The translations under genes were made by a program, and so were the position numbers. From Prasinococcaceae sp. CCMP 1430 (lineage: Eukaryota; Plantae; Prasinodermophyta): a DNA stretch of 18,793 bases. The notes under the pieces are model-generated. The model worked only from the letters and a program-made list of their open reading frames with translations. It did not search any database and was not told where the DNA came from. Location: NCBI GenBank assembly GCA_013416795.1, contig RQSC01000025.1, positions 134,991 through 153,783 on the forward strand, read 5' to 3'. Positions 1 through 7,468 of this stretch are shown piece by piece (within the stretch, counting starts at the first letter, position 1; each line of letters begins with the position of its first letter).

Positions 1-65
1 CGCCGCCAGTCGCGGGCGGGCGGCCGCAACCCAGCGCGGCGGCGGGCGCGCCCGCGCGCCCGCAC
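1..65 (-). other. Probable intron (5' part) of the SVP26-like gene
   Basis: CAGAG|GTGCGG donor matches the GTGCGN donors of other introns in the window. The downstream sequence is GC-alternating and not protein-like. The acceptor is not in the window. Confidence 0.55.
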
Positions 66-505
66 CTCTGCACCAAGGTGGCCGCCACCCCGCAGACGCC
101 CGGCGGCGAGAGGACGTCGATCTCCGGGAAGCGCCGCATGAGCAGCCAGTAGCACGCGCACGCGAGCAGCCCGACGAGGCTCGCCGCGGGCGGCGCGCCG
201 TCGAGGACGAGCAGCGCGACCTGCACGCCCGCCGTCACCTGGATCGCCAGCGCGACGGCGCGCTTGGCGATCGCTGTGTTCTCCTCCACCAGGTCGCACG
301 CGTAGTACACGCCGGCCATGATGCAGAGCATCCCGAACATGATGCACATGTACGCGCCCGCATACGCCGCAGCGGTCGCCACCCAGCCCGTGCCGTCCTC
401 GCCCGGCGGCTTGAGGTCGCCGAACGCGTGCGCGCCGCCGTACGGGCCGCCGTCGTACCTGTCGTGGCGGTAGTACGCGTCGCCGCGATGGGCGTACTCC
501 GACAT
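66..505 (-). CDS. SVP26: SVP26/TEX261 (Erv26 family) ER-to-Golgi transmembrane cargo adaptor, first exon; 3' part lies beyond the left edge of the window
   Basis: Manual translation from ATG 505-503, a frame not listed in the ORF track: MSEYAHRGDAYYRHDRYDGGPYGGAHAFGDLKPPGEDGTGWVATAAAYAGAYMCIMFGMLCIMAGVYYACDLVEENTAIAKRAVALAIQVTAGVQVALLVLDGAPPAASLVGLLACACYWLLMRRFPEIDVLSPPGVCGVAATLVQ. This follows the Svp26/TEX261 pattern as I recall it (AAGLYYLAELIEEYT...F.GFP...Y..L..FPFI.L.SP). The exon ends at a GTGCGG donor (65-60). Family assignment is from memory; no database search was run. Confidence 0.8.
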
Positions 506-808
506 GGCGAGGGGGGAGGGCGCGCGGGCGGCGGGGCACCGCGCCGGCGCAGCGCTGCCGCGCGCCACACGCCCAAAGGAAAGACCTAAACCCTGATCTG
601 GAACACACCCCAAATCACAACAACCGAGGAACGGACTGATGACGGCCCGGGCCCCGTCGTACGAGGAGCCAAGCGCGGGGGCGCCCGCGAGGAGGGCCCT
701 CCCCTCCCGCTCCGGCGACGGGATGCGCGGGGAGGGAGAGCGGACGCCACAGCGGCGAGGCGGCGAGGCGCGCGGCGGGGAGCGCGCGGCGGGGCCCGGC
801 GGGGTCCC

Positions 809-1538
809 NNNNNNNNNNNNNNNNNNNNNNNNNNNNNNNNNNNNNNNNNNNNNNNNNNNNNNNNNNNNNNNNNNNNNNNNNNNNNNNNNNNNNNNNNNNN
901 NNNNNNNNNNNNNNNNNNNNNNNNNNNNNNNNNNNNNNNNNNNNNNNNNNNNNNNNNNNNNNNNNNNNNNNNNNNNNNNNNNNNNNNNNNNNNNNNNNNN
1001 NNNNNNNNNNNNNNNNNNNNNNNNNNNNNNNNNNNNNNNNNNNNNNNNNNNNNNNNNNNNNNNNNNNNNNNNNNNNNNNNNNNNNNNNNNNNNNNNNNNN
1101 NNNNNNNNNNNNNNNNNNNNNNNNNNNNNNNNNNNNNNNNNNNNNNNNNNNNNNNNNNNNNNNNNNNNNNNNNNNNNNNNNNNNNNNNNNNNNNNNNNNN
1201 NNNNNNNNNNNNNNNNNNNNNNNNNNNNNNNNNNNNNNNNNNNNNNNNNNNNNNNNNNNNNNNNNNNNNNNNNNNNNNNNNNNNNNNNNNNNNNNNNNNN
1301 NNNNNNNNNNNNNNNNNNNNNNNNNNNNNNNNNNNNNNNNNNNNNNNNNNNNNNNNNNNNNNNNNNNNNNNNNNNNNNNNNNNNNNNNNNNNNNNNNNNN
1401 NNNNNNNNNNNNNNNNNNNNNNNNNNNNNNNNNNNNNNNNNNNNNNNNNNNNNNNNNNNNNNNNNNNNNNNNNNNNNNNNNNNNNNNNNNNNNNNNNNNN
1501 NNNNNNNNNNNNNNNNNNNNNNNNNNNNNNNNNNNNNN
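809..1538. other. Assembly gap (730 N)
   Basis: Contiguous run of N. ORFs in the track that span it are artefacts. Confidence 1.
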
Positions 1539-2008
1539 CGCGCTGACTGCCCCCATCCGCCCTCCCGCCCCCAAGCGCGCGTGTGGCTCTCGCGAGCTTT
1601 TTTTGCCATCGAGCAGCTAAGGGACTGGCGCACACATGCCGGCGCCCACGCCGAGCGCCGGCGCGCGCGCGTCCGCGCGTCAATCTCGCGCGCCCTCCCC
1701 GCGGCCGCGAGGTGCGCGCGCCGCACGGGCGCAGGAACCGCCGGACGGCGAGCGAGCGCCGCACCCGGCACTCCCACGCCGCCGCCGCCGCAGGATAGGC
1801 GGGCACGCCGCGCGCGCTGTGCCGCGGCTGGCGGCACGAGAGACCGGCGGACTCGCAGCATCTGCCGTGTCAGTCAGAGGGTCTCATGATGATTCTCAGC
1901 ACAGCAGCGGCAGCGGCGCACCGTCATTTAAAGTGACCAGCACCCTTGCGCTGACGCGCACCGCCGCCGGCGCGCCGCGCACGCCGCGCACGCCGCCCAC
2001 GCGCGCAG

Positions 2009-2367
2009 TCGCTCAAGCTGATGGAGGACGGCGAGCTCTGCGTGCGCATGCACATGCGGCTGCGCGGGCGCGGGCGCGGGCGCCAGTGCATGGTGGGGCA
2101 AGTCGCCGAGACGAGCGGCAGGCGCTTCGACAAGTTCGGCGAGCTGCACATGGTGCGTCCGCGCTCGCCCGCCGCCTCCCTGTCGACCCCGCCCCGCCTT
2201 TGCGCGGCTGCCCTCTGACCGCAGCGCCCCGCGCGCGCGCTCGAGCGCAGACGTTGGTGCACTTCGCCATCGGCATCGTCTGGTACTTCGCCGTGGAGAA
2301 CTTTTCCCTCATACACACGGACGACCTCGCGAAGCTGTGCGCTCGGCTGTACCCAGACGTGCGCTGA
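2009..2367 (+). CDS. GT2-like glycosyltransferase (cd02522/TIGR04283-like), last two exons: 2009-2152 and 2251-2367; N-terminal catalytic part not visible
   Basis: Spliced translation SLKLMEDGELCVRMHMRLRGRGRGRQCMVGQVAETSGRRFDKFGELHM|TLVHFAIGIVWYFAVENFSLIHTDDLAKLCARLYPDVR*. It has the family's LMED..L..R motif, then TSGRR...G, then a hydrophobic helix. Acceptor GCGCAG at 2003-2008. Intron 2153-2250 (GTGCGT...CTGAC 2215-2219...GCGCAG) is phase 0. Stop TGA at 2365-2367. Confidence 0.75.
2153..2250 (+). other. Spliceosomal intron (98 nt)
   Basis: GTGCGT donor, CTGAC branch site, CAG acceptor. Removal joins two frames into a coherent GT2 C-terminus. Confidence 0.85.
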
Positions 2368-2434
2368 GGCTCTCGCGGTAATAATACACTCGGGCGAACG
2401 GCCGGCGGAGTGGCGGCGCGCGCTGGCGCGTGTC

Positions 2435-4982
2435 TTACTGCGGGCTATCCCCCTGCAGCCGCTTGACGACCTGCTCGTACTCCGCGATCAGCGAGTCCGC
2501 CTCGCGACTCTTCTCGGCCTCGAGCGCCGCGCGCTCCTCGGCGCGCGCGAGCAGCTCGCGCGCGGCCTCGACCTCTCGCCGCGCCTCCGCCTCGGCCAGC
2601 TCGGCACGCTCGCGCGCGTCGCGCTCCGAGCGGGTGGCCTGTCGCTCGCGGCCGAGGGCCTCGCGCGCCTGGCGGATGCGCTCGAGCGCCGCGCGCAGCT
2701 GCTCGTCCGAATGCAAGTGCGCGTCCTCCTCGGCCATCGCCGCGGCGCGCGCGGTCTGCACCTGCGCGGCCTGCAGGTCCTCGCGGGCGGCCGCGGCGCG
2801 CTGGTGCGNCGCGTCCGCGGCCGCCTCGGCGCGCTCCGCGCGCGCCTCCGTGACCGCAAAGGCGGGCACGCGCTCGTCTGCGGCCGTCCGCGTGGCGGCA
2901 GCGTCACGCTCGGCGACGCGTGCGCGCTCCTCGGCGCCGCTCATGAGCTTCGACAGCGCGTCGTGGCGGCGCGAGGCCTCAGCAGCGCGTTTCTGGGCCT
3001 CGCTCTCGGCGCGCTCGGCGCGCTCCGCGCGGTCCTCGGCTGAGCGCAGGACGCCATCCGCGTCCGTCGCGCGTCTGTTGGCAGATTTGACCTCCTCCCT
3101 CGCGACGCCAAGCTCCACCTCGAGCTCCTCCTGGTGCGCCTGGGCAGCCGCGAGGGCGCGCTGACAGCGAGTGAGCTCCGCGTCCGAAACGCTCGCCTCG
3201 CGCACGGCCTGCCGACCTCGCTCGGCGTCGACGCGCAGCGCCGCGGTCTCTTTGCGAGCGGCGTCGACGGCATCCTTCGCGCGCGCGGCCTCCGCCTGCG
3301 CTGCCGCCATGCGCGCCTCGGCTGCCGCTGCGGCCTCGGCGCGCTGTCTCGCCGCCACCTCGGCCTCGCGGAGCCGCTCGCGACAGTCTGCAAGCCTCTG
3401 CTCGAGCGCGGCAGCCTCGTCGGCGTGCGCCTGCGCCTCGAACTCGCGCTCGCGCAGCGCGCGGCCCGTCGCGTGGAGCTGCGCCTGGAGCGAGCCCACC
3501 TTCTCGACGACGGACGTTTCGAGGTCCCTCAGCTTCTCCGCGCAGGACGCGGCGCCCTTCTGAGCGGCGTCTCGCTCGGCATGGGCGCGCACTAGCTCCG
3601 CCGATGCCCTTTCCAAGCGCTCTTCGGCAGCCTCGCGCCCCATGGCGGCTTCTTCGCGCAGGCGCTCCGCCTCGCCGGCCTTCTCGGCCGCATCGCGCGT
3701 GGCCTGCAAGGCCTCCGTGAGCTGCGCCTCCTTCTCCCACGCCACGCCGTTAGCCTGATTGAACTTGGCCTGCAGGCGCGACGTGAGCCGGCGACCGGCG
3801 TCGGCCACGCCCTCGAGCTGCGCGCGCGCAAGAGCGCGCGGGCATCGACGTCGCCGGAGGTCGGAGCGGCGCCGAGGGCGTGTCAGCGAGGGTGCGCGCG
3901 CGCCCAAGAGAGAGAGAGAGAAAGAGAGAGAGAGCGCACAGACGCGGCGCCGGGCAGGTTCGCACCCCGCGGGCTCGGAGTGCGGCACGCGCGCGCGACT
4001 CCGCACCTCCGCGTTTCGCGCGTTGGCAGCCTCGAGCGCCTGTTCGGCGGAGCGCAGCCTGGCGGCAATTTTGCGCTCTGCTGCATGCGACCGGGCCTTG
4101 AGCTCCTCGAGCATTCCCAGCGCGTCGTCGCAATCGGCCACCAGCAACGAGCGTGCCTTGGCGCCCTCGTGCCGCTCTTGCTTGAGCGCTTCCTCGACGG
4201 ACTCACGCGCGCGGCGCTCGGCCTTGACCTCGTCCTTGAGCTGCGCGAAGAGGCGGCGCGTCTCCATGCTCAGGCCGCGCTTGCTCAGATCGGGGACGCG
4301 GATTGGACGCCGCTCTGGAATCGGCTCCGCGACGGGCCCCGCCTTGTGCCATCCGCCGGCGGGCTTGAAGGGCCTGTGCGCAGGCGCCCCTTCGAGGTCG
4401 CGGTGGTCCAGGCGCGCGTGCCTGATCGGCGAGTTCGACGGCGATATCCGGCGCGGTCGGCGCGGCGGGGTCGTCGACGTGCGCGACGACGTCGTTGACG
4501 AGCGGCGAGAGGGCCTCCCGTTGCGCTGCGCCATCGTCGGCACGACCAAGCCGCGGCGGCTGTGGCCGCCGAGCGTGTGTGTGGCGCGCGCTGGCGTGCG
4601 CGCGCGCGCGATGGCCGCGGCGGCCTCCTCGAGCGCATCGACCATGGCGGGCGTCGCGCCCTTGTACGCGGACGAGAGCGCGCCCCTTTGGTAGGCGGCG
4701 TTGTACTCGCTCCCCCGCTCTTCGGGTGTGTCGAGCGCCGCGGTGAGCGTGCTGACCGCCCCCTGCAGGGCATCGTTGGCCTCGTGCGACGCCTGCGCCG
4801 AGCGCTCGAGCTGCGCGTGGCTGGCGCGCAGCTCGAGCAGCTCGAGCTCCTTGTCGTTGAGCGCCTCGCGCAGCTGCAGCTTCACGTCGGCGCTCCGCGC
4901 CGCCTCGAGCTCGCCCGCGAGCTCGCTGCCTCGGCCCGACGCGGGCGAGTACAGCGCCGCCGCCGCAGCGGTCGCCGCGGCC
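2435..4982 (-). CDS. Uncharacterised long coiled-coil protein (at least 785 aa), exons 4982-4007 and 3817-2435, 5'-truncated at N4983
   Basis: The frame is open from the N at 4983 to TAA at 2437-2435. Sequence is Ala/Glu/Arg/Leu-rich and helical (LREALNDKELELLELRASHAQLE; AEKLRDLETSVVEKVGSLQAQL) with a Ser/Thr/Pro/Arg-rich linker. No catalytic motif recognised. The single N at 2809 keeps the frame. Confidence 0.8.
3818..4006 (-). other. Spliceosomal intron (189 nt, in-frame, stop-free)
   Basis: GAG|GTGCGG donor, CTGAC at 3886-3882, GCGCAG acceptor. Its translation (VRSR...SLSFSLSLL...ARAQ) interrupts the helical pattern. Confidence 0.8.
3907..3934. repeat. (AG)n/(CT)n microsatellite, once interrupted, intronic
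   Basis: agagagagagagagaaagagagagagag, read directly from the sequence. Confidence 0.95.
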
Positions 4983-4983
4983 N

Positions 4984-5493
4984 TACCACGGCGACGGCAC
5001 GCCCAAGGCCGAGGGGCCGCTCGCCGCGCAGTCCTACGCCGTCGAGGGCGTGGGCAAGGACAGCGTGCCCGGCGCGCTCAACTTCGACGTCGTGGACGCC
5101 ATGCTCAGCGTGACCGACAAGCAGGCGATCGACATGTGCCAGCGCATGTCCGAGGAGGAGGGCATCCTCGCGGGCGGCTCGGGCGGCCTCAACGTGCACG
5201 CGGCGGTGGAGCTCAGCGCGCGCCTCGAGGAGGGCACCATCGTGACCGTCCTGCCCGACAGCGGCGTCAAGTACCTGTCCAAGATCTACAGCCCCACCTG
5301 GCGCGAGGCCAAGAACTTCGTCGGGGACCAGCCCGACCCGCAGGCGGACCTCGACGCCAGCCGCGTCGACTTCGGCCCCGAGGACCCGCTCGCGCCCATC
5401 TCCACCAAGCCGAAGCCGCCGCCCCTGGCCGACCGCCCCAATACACGCACACATACGCCACACCCCCACCCCACCCCCGCGCGGCCGCGCGAG

Positions 5494-5537
<44 letters not shown>

Positions 5538-5622
5538 GGGGGCGCGGAGGGGTGCGGGTGCGGTTGGTGGTGGTGGTGGTGTCGTAGCTGCTGTTGTTGA
5601 CTGCCACGCGCGATGGCGATGA
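4984..5622 (+). CDS. Cystathionine beta-synthase / cysteine synthase family (fold-type II PLP enzyme), C-terminal part only; 5'-truncated, 3' end uncertain
   Basis: YHGDGTPKAEGPLAAQSYAVEGVGKDSVPGALNFDVVDAMLSVTDKQAIDMCQRMSEEEGILAGGSGGLNVHAAVELSARLEEGTIVTVLPDSGVKYLSKIYSPTW contains the family motifs EGIG, EEGILxGxSxG and IVTxLPDSGxKYLSKIY. Recognisable homology ends near 5319. The PLP-lysine region is absent. The frame stays open through the poly-G to TGA at 5620-5622, so the true stop is doubtful. Confidence 0.85.
5495..5536 (+). repeat. Poly-G homopolymer (42 nt)
   Basis: Counted directly. True length is uncertain in any assembly. Confidence 0.95.
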
Positions 5623-6566
5623 GCGTCAATGCCGCGTGGATGGACAGCCTGTCGAGCGACGTGGCGGCGGCTGAGCAGACACTCGAGGACCTGCTGTCGG
5701 AGAGCGAGCCGACGGCCAAGTGCACGCTGCTCTCGGGGAGGTTCGACGTGATCGTGCAGGTCGTGCTCGCGCTGGGCGCGTTCGGCTCGCTGCTGGTCAA
5801 GCGGCACTACGAGCGGCCGCGGCGCTCGCTCAAGGTGTGGTCGCTCGATACGGCCAAGCAGGGGGCGAGCGCGGGCGCCGCGCACGTGGCCGGAATGCTC
5901 ATTGCGCTCATCGCGTCGCACGACGGCGGCGACCAGTGCGCGTTCTACCTGATCACGTTCACGATCGACACGACGCTGGGGGTGTTCATCGGGTACACGC
6001 TCCTGCGGCGACTGCAGGCGCTCGCGCGCAAGGCCGGCTGGACCTCGCTCAGCAGCACGGGCAACTACGGCACGCCGGTGCAGTACTCCATCTGGGCCAA
6101 GCAGATGGTGACCTGGTGCCTGATCGTGGTCGTTGCGCGAGCGTGCTGCGGCATGATCGTCATCTCGCTGCGCCACCAGCTCACTGCGTTCTCGGAGACG
6201 CTCGCCTCGCCGTTCGACGGCCACCCGAAGCTCTTCCTGCTCACCGTGATGCTGGCATGCCCCGTGTGCATGAACGTCGCGCAGCTGTGGGTGCAGGACG
6301 CCTTCCTCAAGAAGGGCGGCATGCTCTCGCGCAAGCGTCTACGCGGCGGCCTTGGCGGCACCCCGGGCCGAGGGGGAAGCGTGCCAGACATGCAGGTAAG
6401 CGACGGCGGCGAGGCGGCGCCTATCGACGCCGATTACGTTGACGCGGAGGCCAGGCCGCTCCTCCCGCGTGACGAGAACGATGATGCGCCAAGCCAGGCG
6501 TCGCATGATGATGCTGACGCCGCGAGGGCACCCGCCGCTGCCGTCGCCGCCGACGCGCGCCCATGA
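5613..6566 (+). CDS. STIMATE: STIMATE/TMEM110-family multi-pass membrane protein (317 aa), intronless
   Basis: Family motifs as recalled: CxLL.G.F...VQ, SL.xKR..ERP.R...VW..DxxKQ, DQCAFYLITFTIDTTLG, GNYG.P.....W.KQ, MLACPVCMN..Q.W..D.FLKK. Several hydrophobic helices are followed by an acidic low-complexity tail. Symbol is family-level; orthology not tested. Confidence 0.88.
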   Translation: MAMSVNAAWMDSLSSDVAAAEQTLEDLLSESEPTAKCTLLSGRFDVIVQVVLALGAFGSLLVKRHYERPRRSLKVWSLDTAKQGASAGAAHVAGMLIALIASHDGGDQCAFYLITFTIDTTLGVFIGYTLLRRLQALARKAGWTSLSSTGNYGTPVQYSIWAKQMVTWCLIVVVARACCGMIVISLRHQLTAFSETLASPFDGHPKLFLLTVMLACPVCMNVAQLWVQDAFLKKGGMLSRKRLRGGLGGTPGRGGSVPDMQVSDGGEAAPIDADYVDAEARPLLPRDENDDAPSQASHDDADAARAPAAAVAADARP

Positions 6567-7029
6567 ATCCGCGCGAATTTCACATCAACCGAACGGCGAG
6601 CAGAGCCTCGCACGCACAGTCTGACGCGCGGTCAGCACGGCCGCTGTGGCATCGCGTGCGTGCGAGCGCGCACGGTCCCTCTGCCCTACGCCCGCGCCGG
6701 TGGCGCCCGCGCATTCGCGGCGCCCCCCTCCCCCCCCCTTCCGCGCGAGCGTCAGCCTCTTAATACGAACACCAGCATTCGACACCCGCGGGCGGCGCCG
6801 TGGCCTCGCAGCAGTGCGCAGCGCGCTGCCGACGTCCGCCGCCGCCGGCCCGGCCACAGCACGGGCGTGCGAGCGCGCGCCCGGGCGGCGAGCCGGTCGT
6901 TGGCGATGCCCCCTCCCCTCCTCCTCGCCGCTGCCTCGCTCAACACCCCAACGCTTGCGTGGTCGATCCAAACGACACGCACCATTTCGCCAGGAAGAAA
7001 ATTGCCGAATGGCGAAACCGAAACCAGTN

Positions 7030-7425
7030 GCGCGCGCGCGGCCGGTCTGCATGGCGCGCAAGGGCGGCGGCCGCGGCGGGAAGGGGGGCGGCCGTTCAGA
7101 CGCGAGAGACCGCTTCCTCAGCGCGGGGGGCGCGCTCGACCTGCTCTCCGAGGCGCCCGCGCCGCAGCGGGCGCGGCAGCGGGAACAGGGACAGGAGCAG
7201 CAGCAGCGCGCGCGCAAGCAGCAGGGCAAGGCCTCCAAAACCGCCTCGCGGCGCAACGCTCTGCGGGAGTCGATCAAACACAACCCCATTCAGGTGCGTG
7301 CGTGTGTCTCCCTCGTCGCCCGCCGCGCGCGTGCCCGGACGGCCACCGTGCGCCTGCCCGAGGGCGCGCCTGCAGCCAGGCGCGCGGATGCGCAACCTCG
7401 CACACCTGTGCGTTCCGCGCCCCCC

Positions 7426-7468
<43 letters not shown>

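Noticed and set aside
235-576. 113-aa minus-strand ORF in the track
   Set aside because: Wrong frame. The SVP26-like protein is in a different frame starting at ATG 505.
637-642. TGATGA (box C-like) upstream of the gap
   Set aside because: No box D at a plausible distance, and the following sequence is GC-saturated low complexity.
640-808. Degenerate GCGCGGCGGGG / GCGGCGAG repeats next to the gap
   Set aside because: Irregular low-complexity GC sequence with no constant repeat-spacer structure. Not CRISPR; probably the reason the assembly broke here.
586-1889. ORFs of 319-416 aa spanning the N gap
   Set aside because: They consist mostly of X and are open only because N cannot form a stop.
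2061-2084. RGRGRGR motif in the GT2 exon, from a (GCGCGG)3 micro-repeat
   Set aside because: Short loop insertion that is easily generated in GC-rich DNA. No evidence of function.
5566-5598. (GGT)5 and GCT/GTT triplets before the STIMATE start
   Set aside because: Ordinary short simple repeats, likely in a UTR or intergenic region.
2009-5622. Idea of an arsenic/sulfur metabolic gene cluster (GT2 plus CBS/CysK)
   Set aside because: The genes are separated by an unrelated coiled-coil gene and an unresolved gap. No ArsM or ArsS is in the window, and neighbourhood alone is weak evidence in a eukaryote.
4701-5800. Poly-Pro and poly-Gly ORFs around the G-run (also 6646-7616 around the C-run)
   Set aside because: Simple translations of homopolymers. 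The C-run is demonstrably intronic.
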